A stretch of 64,000 nt of DNA from Bacteroidota bacterium (GCA_024643795.1 JAHEMF010000006.1:22112-86111), one strand, 5' to 3'; positions 8,501 to 17,521 are shown, counted from the stretch's first letter. The notes: generated by a model from the sequence alone, not told the origin. Translations and numbers: made by a program.

Positions 8501-10627
8501 TTAGTTTGATGCGGTTTTAACGTTTGCTTTTATATCTGTTCCTAATCGCTGTAAATAGGCAATGAGTGCAACTATTTCACGGTCGCTCATCACTTCAATA
8601 CCATCGCCGGCAAGGTTAGCGGCTATCTTTTCAGCCTGAGCTTTAAGATCATCCACCGCCTTTTGGTCATAACCCTCAGGATACGGAACACCTAAGGTTT
8701 GCATAGCTCGTATCTTGCCCGGAGTATTACTTATATCAAGTGCATCATCAATGAGCCATGGGTAAGCAGGCATAATAGATCCCGGCGACATGGTGGTTGG
8801 GTCTTCCATATGATTGAAGTGCCATGAGTCAGGATATTTTCCTCCAACCCGGTGAAGATCCGGACCGGTACGTTTTGAACCCCACTGGAACGGGTGGTCA
8901 TATACAAATTCTCCGGCCTTTGAATATTCTCCATACCTCTCAGTCTCACTTCTGAAAGGACGTATCATCTGTGAATGACAGGTATAACAACCTTCTCTCA
9001 CATATATATCGCGACCTTCTAGCTCTAACGGAGTATAAGGCTTTACACTTGATATGGTTGGGATATTTGATTTGATAAGGAATGTGGGAACCAGCTCCAC
9101 AACACCTCCGATAAGGATCACGATCAGGCTTCCAACCAACATCTGTACAGGACGACGTTCCAATTTCCTGTGCCACCCTTCACCGGGGTTATGTATTGCA
9201 ACCGGCATAGCAGGTGCTTCAGCAGCCTCGTCAGCAACAAGTTGTCCTGATTTTACAGTCTTTATAAGGTTGTAAACCATCACAATAACACCTGTCAGAT
9301 ACAAGACGCCTCCCAGCACACGTAATTTATACATTGGCAGGATCTGGGTCACAGTCTCCAAAAAGTTAGGGTAACGCAGGAATCCGTCTTCGGTGAATTC
9401 TTTCCACATCAAACTCTGGGTAAAACCGGCCCAATACATAGGAATTGCATAGAATAATATTCCCAGTGTACCTATCCAGAAATGGAAACTGGCAAGCTTT
9501 TGTGAGTGAAGCTGAGTGTTGAATATTCTTGGTAACAGCCAGTATAGCATACCAAAAGTCAGGAACCCATTCCATCCCAGAGCACCAACGTGAACGTGTG
9601 CAATGGTCCAGTCGGTAAAGTGACTGATAGCATTTACATTTTTCAACGAAAGCATCGGACCTTCAAATGTGGCCATACCGTATGCTGTTACGGCAACCAC
9701 CAGAAACTTCAAAACAATACTATCACGCACCCGATCCCACGCACCGCGTAAGGTCAGTAGTCCGTTTATCATACCTCCCCATGATGGAGCTATAAGCATT
9801 ATAGAAAATACAACACCTAAACTCTGTGCCCAGTCGGGCAGTGAAGTATATAACAGATGGTGTGGTCCTGCCCATATATAAATAAATATAAGTGCCCAGA
9901 AGTGAATGATAGAAAGGCGGTACGAATACACTGGCCTGTTAGCAGCTTTAGGAACAAAGTAATACATAAGTCCCAGGTAAGGCGTTGTAAGAAAGAAAGC
10001 AACGGCATTATGTCCGTACCACCACTGCACCAACGCATCCTGCACCCCGGCATATACCGGATAGCTCTTGAATAAAGAAACCGGAAGTTCAACAGAGTTC
10101 ACAATGTGCAGTACCGCCACGGTAACAAACGTTGCAATGTAGAACCAAATGGCAACATACAGGTGCTTCTCGCGGCGACGTAAAATGGTGCCGAACATGT
10201 TTATACCAAAAACAACCCATATCAGCGCAACCGCTATATCAATAGGCCACTCCAGTTCAGCATATTCTTTACTGGTGGTTATACCAAGCGGAAGCGTCAC
10301 TGCTGCTGCAACTATTATCAGCTGCCATCCCCAAAAGTTTATACTGCTCAGTGTGTCACTGAACATCCTTGCTTTACAAAGTCGCTGTAACGAATAATAT
10401 AATCCGGTAAAAATGCCGTTACCTACAAAGGCAAATATCACCGCATTGGTATGCAATGGCCTTATTCGTCCAAAGCTAGTGTAGGCAAGATCAAGGTTGA
10501 ACACCGGCCATACAAGCTGAAGTGCCGCCAAAAGTCCAACCGTCATTCCCACTACTCCCCAAAGGATCGTAGCATAGGCAAAATTTTTAACGATCTTGTT
10601 GTCATAATAAAACTTTTCCAGTTCCAT
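8501..10627 (-). CDS. ccoN: cbb3-type cytochrome c oxidase fused subunit I/II (CcoN-CcoO)
   Basis: GRIRPLHTNAVIFAF, WWYGHNAVAF, WAGPHHL, AHVHVG; C-terminal CcoO with EGCYTCHSQMIRP and WGSKRTGPDL. Confidence 0.97.
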   Translation of the reverse strand: MELEKFYYDNKIVKNFAYATILWGVVGMTVGLLAALQLVWPVFNLDLAYTSFGRIRPLHTNAVIFAFVGNGIFTGLYYSLQRLCKARMFSDTLSSINFWGWQLIIVAAAVTLPLGITTSKEYAELEWPIDIAVALIWVVFGINMFGTILRRREKHLYVAIWFYIATFVTVAVLHIVNSVELPVSLFKSYPVYAGVQDALVQWWYGHNAVAFFLTTPYLGLMYYFVPKAANRPVYSYRLSIIHFWALIFIYIWAGPHHLLYTSLPDWAQSLGVVFSIMLIAPSWGGMINGLLTLRGAWDRVRDSIVLKFLVVAVTAYGMATFEGPMLSLKNVNAISHFTDWTIAHVHVGALGWNGFLTFGMLYWLLPRIFNTQLHSQKLASFHFWIGTLGILFYAIPMYWAGFTQSLMWKEFTEDGFLRYPNFLETVTQILPMYKLRVLGGVLYLTGVIVMVYNLIKTVKSGQLVADEAAEAPAMPVAIHNPGEGWHRKLERRPVQMLVGSLIVILIGGVVELVPTFLIKSNIPTISSVKPYTPLELEGRDIYVREGCYTCHSQMIRPFRSETERYGEYSKAGEFVYDHPFQWGSKRTGPDLHRVGGKYPDSWHFNHMEDPTTMSPGSIMPAYPWLIDDALDISNTPGKIRAMQTLGVPYPEGYDQKAVDDLKAQAEKIAANLAGDGIEVMSDREIVALIAYLQRLGTDIKANVKTASN

Positions 10628-10633
10628 AGGTTC

Positions 10634-10798
10634 TTATTGATTGTTATCGTTTTTGGATTTATTATCGTCGAAAAGCATGCGCACCGAAGGGGTATACTCA
10701 TCCTCGTACTGGCCTCGTTTCACCGACCAGATAAAGGCTACCAGGAAAAAACAGGCAACTAACAAACTGATTATCACCAGAAGAAAGAGTGCGCTCAT
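10634..10798 (-). CDS. ccoS: cbb3-type oxidase maturation protein CcoS (FixS); absent from the ORF track (54 aa)
   Basis: Translated by hand: MSALFLLVIISLLVACFFLVAFIWSVKRGQYEDEYTPSVRMLFDDNKSKNDNNQ*. Carries the W-x4-GQYED motif; ends 6 nt before ccoN. Confidence 0.92.
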   Translation of the reverse strand: MSALFLLVIISLLVACFFLVAFIWSVKRGQYEDEYTPSVRMLFDDNKSKNDNNQ

Positions 10799-10806
10799 AG
10801 CTGAAT

Positions 10807-10837
10807 TAAAGGTACCAAATTTACCCGCACTACCAAA
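10807..10837 (-). promoter_or_regulatory. Putative Bacteroidota sigma-70 promoter for ccoSNOQPGH
   Basis: Minus strand has TTTG (10834-10837), a 19-nt spacer and TACCTTTA (10807-10814). An alternative -7 element TAAATTTG lies at 10816-10823. Confidence 0.55.
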
Positions 10838-10846
10838 TGGGGCGTA

Positions 10847-10880
10847 TGATAAGCATCACACCAATAACTGACTTTTGTCA
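10847..10880. promoter_or_regulatory. Two tandem FNR/CRP-type palindromes upstream of ccoS
   Basis: TGAT-AAGC-ATCA (10847-10858) and TGAC-TTTT-GTCA (10869-10880); the FNR consensus is TTGAT-N4-ATCAA. Confidence 0.65.
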
Positions 10881-10890
10881 GGCTCCGGTA

Positions 10891-11022
10891 TTTGGGCGTT
10901 CCCCCGCCTTCCGCCACACGGATAGGCAGCTGCAGGTTAAGAGGGTCCTATCCGCCGAAATCCTTACGACGAAGGCGGGGTCGGGCTATCGTGCGCCGGA
11001 GGCTGCACTCTATCCCTAACGC
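10891..11022 (+). ncRNA. GC-rich multi-stem structured element (resembles Bacteroidota Flavo-1-like RNA / dispersed repeat)
   Basis: Pairings: GCGTT(10896-10900)/AACGC(11018-11022), CCCCGCCTTC(10902-10911)/GAAGGCGGGG(10971-10980), CGGATAGG(10919-10926)/CCTATCCG(10947-10954), GTGCGCC(10991-10997)/GGCTGCAC(11001-11008). The family name is from memory and not confirmed by a search. Confidence 0.55.
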
Positions 11023-11026
11023 GGGG

Positions 11027-11068
11027 CAGAGATCAGATATCAGAAATCAGATATCGGATATCAGAAAT
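11027..11068. repeat. Heptamer tandem repeat (CAGATAT-like x6)
   Basis: CAGAGAT CAGATAT CAGAAAT CAGATAT CGGATAT CAGAAAT. Confidence 0.9.
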
Positions 11069-11123
11069 AGTCCAGGCATAACATTTACCTATTATTCACT
11101 GAATACCCTCCAGAACTTCGTTT

Positions 11124-11206
11124 ATTAAATAATTGAATAATTAAATAATCAGATGTATCAATTTGCACTAACACATTAGCACATTATTTAATTAGCACAT
11201 TAGAAA
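11124..11206. repeat. Degenerate octamer repeats (ATTAAATA x3, then ATTAGCAC-like units)
   Basis: ATTAAATA ATTGAATA ATTAAATA (11124-11147); ATTTGCAC ... ATTAGCAC ATTATTTA ATTAGCAC ATTAGAAA (11161-11206). Confidence 0.7.
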
Positions 11207-11208
11207 AT

Positions 11209-13620
11209 TCATTTTTTAAAAACAACCTTCCCCATCAGTGCGCTCCCTGCCGTTGCAAGTGTAATAATAGTGATGGTACTCAAAGGCATGATAATGGCAG
11301 CAACAAGTGGCGAAAGCATCCCTTGCACGGCAAACCACAACCCTGCAACATTGTATAATAGTGAGATCAAGTAGCTGAAGTAAACAACACCCATTGAAGC
11401 CTTGCTGTATCGCATAAGCTGAGGTATTAATTTAAAGGCCTGTGCATCCATGATGATATCACTGGCCGGCGAAAAGTTGTTCGTGTCGTCCGATATGGCA
11501 ATGCCGGTATCACTTTGCTTCAATGCACCGGCATCATTCAGCCCGTCACCGATCATCAGTACCTGCTTGCCCCCCTTTTGAAGCTCCTTTACACGATCAA
11601 GCTTATCGGCAGGAGACTGGTTGTAACGTTGGTCATTGAACAATGTAGCGAAAGTGGTTCGTTCCGCGTCATGATCTCCTGACAACAACTCGGTTGAATA
11701 ATGCTGTGATAAACTACCCGTCACTTCTTTCAATCCTTCGCGATATGCTGACTCGATTTCGAAATACCCTTTTGGTTCATCATCAAAAGTTATGCAAACT
11801 ACTGAATGATTTTTTTCTGAATTTGAAATGTTCATTCCTGTAAATGCAGGAGAACCAATTTTAACTTTTACTCCTTCAGTTACTGCTTCAACTCCTTGTC
11901 CGGCTGTTTCCCTGAAATCTGATAAGGTTATCCTGGGTACGGTGCCAAACTGTTGCGAAATGATCTTGCTCAACGGGTGCAATGAAGCAGCAGTCAAATT
12001 TGCAACATAAACTTTTTCTGCGCCACTAAGGTCCTTTCCGTTGTATACACATAGTTTTGATCTGCCACGGGTGAGTGTTCCAGTTTTATCAAAAATAATG
12101 TGGGTTATTCTGGAAAGCTGTTCTATTACCACGGTGTTCTTGAGATAGAATTTCTTTTTGCCAAGTATCCGCATCGCATTACCAAGTGTAAAAGGGTAGG
12201 AGAGCGACAAGGCACAGGGGCAGGTGATAATGAGTACTGCAGTGAACACCTGAAATGCCATGCGCGATGATCCGTTGAAATAATGATAGATGAAAGCTGT
12301 GAAGGCTATCAGCAATACCACAGTTGTAAAATATTTACTGAGTGTGTTTACTACAGTAGAAACATGTTTGTTATCAGGTTCAGAATAGTTGTGCTCATTC
12401 CATAATTGTGTTAAACGGCTTTGTGATACTTTTTTCAAAACCTCCAGTTCTATGGGAGAACCGGTTTGCTTTCCTCCTGCGAATATCTTATCACCTGTAA
12501 CTTTTTCCACCGGGTTGTTTTCTCCCGTCACAAAACTGTAGTCAATACTTCCTTTTCCATTGGTAATAACACTATCAACCGGTATAAGCTCTTCATTATG
12601 TATCACTATCCTGTCGCCGGGCTTGAGTTCACTCACCGGACAGGTGGTTTCTTTTTCCTGCGTTATTATGGTAACTGCCACCGGAAAGTACGACCGGTAG
12701 TCGCGGTCAAATGAAAGTCGCTGATACGTTTTGTCCTGAAATACCCTTCCCGTAAGCATAAAAAATACCAGTCCCGCAAAAGTGTCCATATAACCCGGCC
12801 CCGTTCCACTGATTATCTCATAAAGACTTTGTGAATACATTACAATTATTCCCAGTGAGATGGGTACATCCATATTCAGCCCCTTGTGTTTTATTCCATT
12901 CCAGGCTGATCTGAAAAAATCAGTGTCTGCATAAAGCAATACCGGCAATGATAGGATGATACTAAGTATTCCGAAAAGTTCCCTGAATCCATTTTCATCG
13001 GTTATGGTAAGTCCGAAGTATTCCGGAAAGCTCAATAGCATGATGTTGCCAAAACAAAAAAATGCCACACCCATTTTGTAGTATGTGCGTTTATTGGAGG
13101 TTACTTTTTTTGCCGACTCAACACTGTCAAGGTTAATCACAGGTTCGTATCCCAAGCGGGCGAGTATTTCCACTACTTTACGCAAAGTGGTCTTGCCTGT
13201 GCTGAAACTGAGTGATATCTCACGCTTCAAAAAATTGACCCTCGATTGGGTTATGGCAGGGTCTATCCTGTAAAGCTGTTCAAGCAACCAGATGCATGAA
13301 CTGCAATGAATATTAGGAATATATAAGGTGAGGTTTGTAATGTTGTCATCAGTGAAATCGATCAACCGTGAAACAACAGTTTCATTATCGAGGTAAGCGT
13401 ATTTTTCTACATTTAATTTCTTATCACTGCTGGTACCCGGTGCCAGGTTCATAGTGTAGTAATCGCAAAGTCCGTTCTCCTCCAATACCTGATATACAGT
13501 TTTGCATCCTTCGCAACAAAAGATCTTTTCATCAAGAGCGATGGAGATGTTCTTACATGCATCACCACAATGAAAACATGCAATTTTTTTTCGGTTTTCT
13601 GTCTTCAAGCCATCATTCAT
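11209..13620 (-). CDS. ccoI: Heavy-metal (Cu) translocating P1B-type ATPase, CcoI/FixI type
   Basis: N-terminal CFHCG/FCCEGC, HMA CSSC, TGE, CPC in TM, DKTGTLT, GDGLND; upstream of the cco cluster. Confidence 0.92.
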   Translation of the reverse strand: MNDGLKTENRKKIACFHCGDACKNISIALDEKIFCCEGCKTVYQVLEENGLCDYYTMNLAPGTSSDKKLNVEKYAYLDNETVVSRLIDFTDDNITNLTLYIPNIHCSSCIWLLEQLYRIDPAITQSRVNFLKREISLSFSTGKTTLRKVVEILARLGYEPVINLDSVESAKKVTSNKRTYYKMGVAFFCFGNIMLLSFPEYFGLTITDENGFRELFGILSIILSLPVLLYADTDFFRSAWNGIKHKGLNMDVPISLGIIVMYSQSLYEIISGTGPGYMDTFAGLVFFMLTGRVFQDKTYQRLSFDRDYRSYFPVAVTIITQEKETTCPVSELKPGDRIVIHNEELIPVDSVITNGKGSIDYSFVTGENNPVEKVTGDKIFAGGKQTGSPIELEVLKKVSQSRLTQLWNEHNYSEPDNKHVSTVVNTLSKYFTTVVLLIAFTAFIYHYFNGSSRMAFQVFTAVLIITCPCALSLSYPFTLGNAMRILGKKKFYLKNTVVIEQLSRITHIIFDKTGTLTRGRSKLCVYNGKDLSGAEKVYVANLTAASLHPLSKIISQQFGTVPRITLSDFRETAGQGVEAVTEGVKVKIGSPAFTGMNISNSEKNHSVVCITFDDEPKGYFEIESAYREGLKEVTGSLSQHYSTELLSGDHDAERTTFATLFNDQRYNQSPADKLDRVKELQKGGKQVLMIGDGLNDAGALKQSDTGIAISDDTNNFSPASDIIMDAQAFKLIPQLMRYSKASMGVVYFSYLISLLYNVAGLWFAVQGMLSPLVAAIIMPLSTITIITLATAGSALMGKVVFKK

Positions 13621-13627
13621 CAGGTTT

Positions 13628-13671
13628 CAAAAGTACGACCCGTGAGCATAAATTAAAGCTGATAGATGTTA
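13628..13671 (-). promoter_or_regulatory. Putative ccoI promoter with degenerate FNR-like box
   Basis: TACTTTTG on the minus strand (13628-13635), 7 nt before the ATG; TGAT-AGAT-GTTA at 13660-13671. Confidence 0.5.
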
Positions 13672-13687
13672 GATTTTGTTAAATCAG

Positions 13688-15607
13688 TCAGTGATTCGAC
13701 TGATCCAGGGCCACGGCACCACCCGTATACAGTTGTTTGCGGTATTTTTTTGAGGGCGACTCAATAAATGGCCCAAGGCCCAGTTTGTCCCATATCTCAT
13801 CGATCCGTGAAATGGTCTGCTGGTCTGATGCAAGTATGTTAGGCCAGTCTCTCGTGAAGCCGTCGAATTCTTTGTTTTTACGTGTGCCGTCAAATACCAC
13901 ATGGCCTGACTCACCATCTCTGGCAGGTTCAATTATAAAATGATCGCGTTTGGGATCAACGTTATTGGCAAACCGCCATACAGCATCCGCAAGATCACTA
14001 ACATCAAGTGTGTGTTCCAGAAAAATCAAAACCTTCACATCTGAAAAAGATTCCAGTTCAAATAATTTGGGCGCGATCTCCTTAATGTGACCTTTTTTGT
14101 TTTTTTCGATAGATATAAACACTATGGAGATGTTTCTCTGCATCAAAGTGTTATTTATTCCTCTGATCTCAGGGAATTTTTCTATTACTCCGGTAATTTC
14201 TGTTGATGTACCATGTTGTGTGGAAAGCGATGCTCTTCCTGCCAGTTCTTCCGGTAATTTTTTCGTTGCATCAATTCCCAGTTTACCTCCGAATGCCATG
14301 GTAGAACAGGAATGATCCAGCACATCGGTAGGACCCTGAGTGAATACCAGGTCATTCAACGGATCTGTATTCTCTGAAATATATTGTGCCACTTCCAGGT
14401 TATTATGAATATCAACTTCACCATCCACAACTATCATCATTTTGGTGAACATCATCTGACCGGCACCCCACAATGAGTTCATCACCTTGAGTGCCTGTCC
14501 GGGATAATCTTTTTTGATCTTTACAATACACAGGTTATGAAACACTCCTTCAACCGGCAACACCATGTCAACGATCTCCGGTACCATGGTCATCTTTATA
14601 GGTGCTAAGAATATTCGTTCGGTTGCTTTTCCTATCCATGCATCTTCCTGTGGGGGTATGCCTACAATGGTTGCAGGGTAAATGGCATCTTTCCTGTGTG
14701 TGATGGCCGTTATATGAAATTTTGGATAATAATCAGCGAGTGAATAGTACCCGGTATGATCTCCGAAAGGCCCTTCAAGAATGAACTCTTCTTGCGGGTC
14801 AATGTATCCTTCAATAATGATATCCGCATCAGCCGGAACATACATATCCTGTGTTAAACACTTAACCAGCTCAACCCTTTTCTTACGGATAAAACCTGCC
14901 AGCATAAATTCATCAACACCGTCGGGTAATGGTGCCGTTGCTGAATATGCGTATGACGGATCGCCTCCTAATGAAACAACCACGGGCATTCGTTTTCCCA
15001 GCTTTTTATACTCGTTAAAATGACGGGCCGATACTTTGTGCCGGTGCCAGTGCATAGCAGTAAGTTTAGGTCCGAATACCTGCATCCTGTATAATCCAAC
15101 ATTTCGTTGTCCTGTGTTCGGGTCTTTGGTTTGTATTACAGGAAGAGTTAAAAATGGTCCGCCATCTTCGGGCCAGCACTTCAATATCGGAAACCTGGTG
15201 ATGTCCGGATCCTTCATAACTACTTCCTGACAGGCACCTTTCCCTGAAATGGTTTTCGGCATCCAGGAGGCTACTTCACCAAGTTGAGGAAGCAACTTCA
15301 GTTTATCAATAAAAGAATTTTTGGGCGATGTAAAAGTTTGAAATAATTGTTCAATCTGTCCCGCAAGGTCATCCAGTTTCTCTACTCCCAGTGCCATGGC
15401 CATCCTCTTCTCTGTGCCCATGGAATTAATGAGCAATGGAAACTCCTTGCCGGTGTTCTCGAATAGCAGAGCAGGGCCATATTGTTTTGAAATTCTGTCA
15501 GTGATCTCAGTGATCTCCAGTTCAGGATTTACATATTCCTTTATCCTGACAAGTTCTCCTGCCCGTTCAAGTACTTCAATGAAATGATTTTGATCTTTGT
15601 AAGCCAC
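13688..15607 (-). CDS. UbiD-family (prFMN) decarboxylase, menaquinone-biosynthesis type, long form
   Basis: GPALLFEN, RNVGLYRMQ, EGPFGDHTGYY, GIPPQED, GKLGIDATKK; GTG start. Confidence 0.88.
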   Translation of the reverse strand: MAYKDQNHFIEVLERAGELVRIKEYVNPELEITEITDRISKQYGPALLFENTGKEFPLLINSMGTEKRMAMALGVEKLDDLAGQIEQLFQTFTSPKNSFIDKLKLLPQLGEVASWMPKTISGKGACQEVVMKDPDITRFPILKCWPEDGGPFLTLPVIQTKDPNTGQRNVGLYRMQVFGPKLTAMHWHRHKVSARHFNEYKKLGKRMPVVVSLGGDPSYAYSATAPLPDGVDEFMLAGFIRKKRVELVKCLTQDMYVPADADIIIEGYIDPQEEFILEGPFGDHTGYYSLADYYPKFHITAITHRKDAIYPATIVGIPPQEDAWIGKATERIFLAPIKMTMVPEIVDMVLPVEGVFHNLCIVKIKKDYPGQALKVMNSLWGAGQMMFTKMMIVVDGEVDIHNNLEVAQYISENTDPLNDLVFTQGPTDVLDHSCSTMAFGGKLGIDATKKLPEELAGRASLSTQHGTSTEITGVIEKFPEIRGINNTLMQRNISIVFISIEKNKKGHIKEIAPKLFELESFSDVKVLIFLEHTLDVSDLADAVWRFANNVDPKRDHFIIEPARDGESGHVVFDGTRKNKEFDGFTRDWPNILASDQQTISRIDEIWDKLGLGPFIESPSKKYRKQLYTGGAVALDQSNH

Positions 15608-15687
15608 TGGATTAAAGTTAGAAAATTATAACAACCGGATGTCCAGATTCGTTTTGATGTGTCCGGTATTAATTTGTACAGCAAATA

Positions 15688-15712
15688 AAAAGGGATCTTA
15701 ACAGACCCCTTT
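15688..15712 (-). terminator. Putative intrinsic terminator after citrate synthase
   Basis: AAAGGGATCT-TAAC-AGACCCCTTT imperfect stem; gives a T-tract on the minus strand. Confidence 0.5.
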
Positions 15713-15716
15713 ATGC

Positions 15717-17030
15717 TTAAGCTTCAACCTGATTTTGGATCTTGTTTTTGATCCACTCAGTGGTTACAGAGCCCGGTCGTTCAATAGGCACTCCCAGTGC
15801 ACGATCCCACAACAGCGAAGTAAGTACGCCAATGGCACGTGATACACCGAACAATACAGTGTAAAAGTCATACTCTACCAACCCATAATGGATCAATAGT
15901 ATTCCTGAGTGAGCATCTACATTAGGCCATGGGTTCTTAACCTTGCCTGTTGCTTTTAACATCTCCGGCGTTACCTCATACAGCAATTGAACGATCTTGA
16001 ATAGTTCATCATCAGCCATGTTGGCTTTTGCAAATTCCTGCTGGGCAATGTATCGCGGATCTGTTTTTCTGAGCACGGCGTGTCCGTAACCGGGTATCAC
16101 ACGCCCTTCGGCAAGTGTTTCTTTGATGTATGATTCTATCTGTTCTTTGGTTGGTACACCACCGAATTTTTCTCTCAGATCAAGGATCCATCTTGCTACT
16201 TCCTGAGCAGCCAGTCCGTGAAGAGGACCTGCAAGGCCGTTCATGCCGGCAGCAAGTGAAAGATAAGGATCAGATAATGCTGAGCCTACCAGGTGAGTTG
16301 TATGTGCTGAAACATTACCACCTTCATGGTCTACGTGAATGCTTAAATACAAACGCATAAGCTTCCTGAAGTCAAGATCTTCAAACCCTAACATATGAGC
16401 AAAGTTGCCTGCCCAGTCCAGCTTTGGATTTGGTTCTATATGAACACTGTCTTTATAAGTCTTTCTGTAAATGTATGCGGCAATCCGGGGAAGCCTTGCG
16501 ATAAGATTCATGATATCCTCGTACATCGGATCCCAGTATTCTTTTTTATGGATGCCTTCCCTGTAACGTTGTGTAAATACTGACTCAGTCTGCAACGCCA
16601 TGATGGCCATGCTGAACTGGGTCATAGGATGAGTTTTGGGTGGTAACATATCCAGCATGTCAAACACATGTTTAGGTACGTTGGCACGCTTCATCCACTC
16701 ATTGTTCACATGAACAACATCTTCCATGGTTGGAATTTCACCTGTTAACAACAGATAAAACATACCTTCAGGTAATGGTTCAGGTCCTTCTTTAGAGGTA
16801 GGCAGTTTTTGACGTATCTCCGGAATGGAATAACCTCTGAATCTTATCCCTTCTTCAGGATCCAGCTTGGAGGTTTCTGTTACCATTCCTATCATACCCT
16901 TCATGCCGGAATAAACCTGCTCAACAGTATACTGACCCAGAACAAAATTACCATGTTCTTTCACCAACGACTTTATCTCACCTGTCAGGGGGAGTGCCTT
17001 TTCCGCGAATTTTTCTTTAAGACTATCCAT
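15717..17030 (-). CDS. gltA: Citrate (Si)-synthase, eukaryotic/mitochondrial-like type
   Basis: LDPEEGIRFRG, HVDHEGGNVSAHT, NGLAGPLHG, PGYGHAVLRKTDPRY, PWPNVDAHSG. Confidence 0.95.
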   Translation of the reverse strand: MDSLKEKFAEKALPLTGEIKSLVKEHGNFVLGQYTVEQVYSGMKGMIGMVTETSKLDPEEGIRFRGYSIPEIRQKLPTSKEGPEPLPEGMFYLLLTGEIPTMEDVVHVNNEWMKRANVPKHVFDMLDMLPPKTHPMTQFSMAIMALQTESVFTQRYREGIHKKEYWDPMYEDIMNLIARLPRIAAYIYRKTYKDSVHIEPNPKLDWAGNFAHMLGFEDLDFRKLMRLYLSIHVDHEGGNVSAHTTHLVGSALSDPYLSLAAGMNGLAGPLHGLAAQEVARWILDLREKFGGVPTKEQIESYIKETLAEGRVIPGYGHAVLRKTDPRYIAQQEFAKANMADDELFKIVQLLYEVTPEMLKATGKVKNPWPNVDAHSGILLIHYGLVEYDFYTVLFGVSRAIGVLTSLLWDRALGVPIERPGSVTTEWIKNKIQNQVEA

Positions 17031-17158
17031 AATGTTATAAAAAGTTGCCTGTTATCTTATTGCTATGGTTTGGTTCCAATGCATGTAGTGCGAATTTATA
17101 AATCTTGAGGCTCAGGTGCAAACATGCATGTAAGGAATTTTGTTTTGCCATTAACCTC

Positions 17159-17494
17159 TTAGTAATCAGCCGAACGGGTGCTTTTCTTCTGTTTTTGTTT
17201 GAATTTCTTATCACTGATGTCCAATTGAACTATCATAATGATAAGGCTGATCACAAATCCGGCTATTATTAATATCCAAAAGGCCTTTTCAGCATACTTC
17301 TTGACCTTCTTCTTTTGGTTGGGCTTTTTCTTGATCCTTACCCTTTTCCTCACCTTTATTCGTCTGCGTACCCGGGGAGGTCCATCACTATTGGACCCTT
17401 CCTTTTTTATTTCCTGGTAATGCCCCGGATCACCACCTTTTGGTGTAAGGTCTGATGATTGATCATCTTTTGACATCGATTCCTCAGGTTCCAT
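17159..17494 (-). CDS. Hypothetical single-pass membrane protein with a very basic segment
   Basis: 111 aa; RVRRRIKVRKRVRIKKK followed by one hydrophobic helix; co-oriented between eno and gltA. Confidence 0.65.
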   Translation of the reverse strand: MEPEESMSKDDQSSDLTPKGGDPGHYQEIKKEGSNSDGPPRVRRRIKVRKRVRIKKKPNQKKKVKKYAEKAFWILIIAGFVISLIIMIVQLDISDKKFKQKQKKSTRSADY

Positions 17495-17521
17495 GCTTTC
17501 TTGGTTTCTAGCTCCGGCTTA

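Noticed and set aside
7325..10627. ccoN-ccoO fusion and mono-heme CcoP as novelties
   Set aside because: This is the usual architecture of Bacteroidota cbb3 oxidases.
10837..11128. Short plus-strand ORFs across the ccoI-ccoS spacer
   Set aside because: They read through the GC-rich structured element and the heptamer repeats and have no protein-like features.
11027..11206. Repeats as a possible CRISPR array
   Set aside because: Units are 7-8 nt with no spacers, and no cas genes are present.
15633..15667. ACCGGA...TCCGGT inverted repeat upstream of the UbiD gene as a riboswitch
   Set aside because: Only a 6-bp stem, with no recognisable aptamer features.
15717..17030. Eukaryote-like citrate synthase (and eukaryote/archaea-type ProRS at 32117) as recent horizontal transfer or contamination
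   Set aside because: Both types are known in Bacteroidota. The genes are intron-free and sit in ordinary bacterial context.
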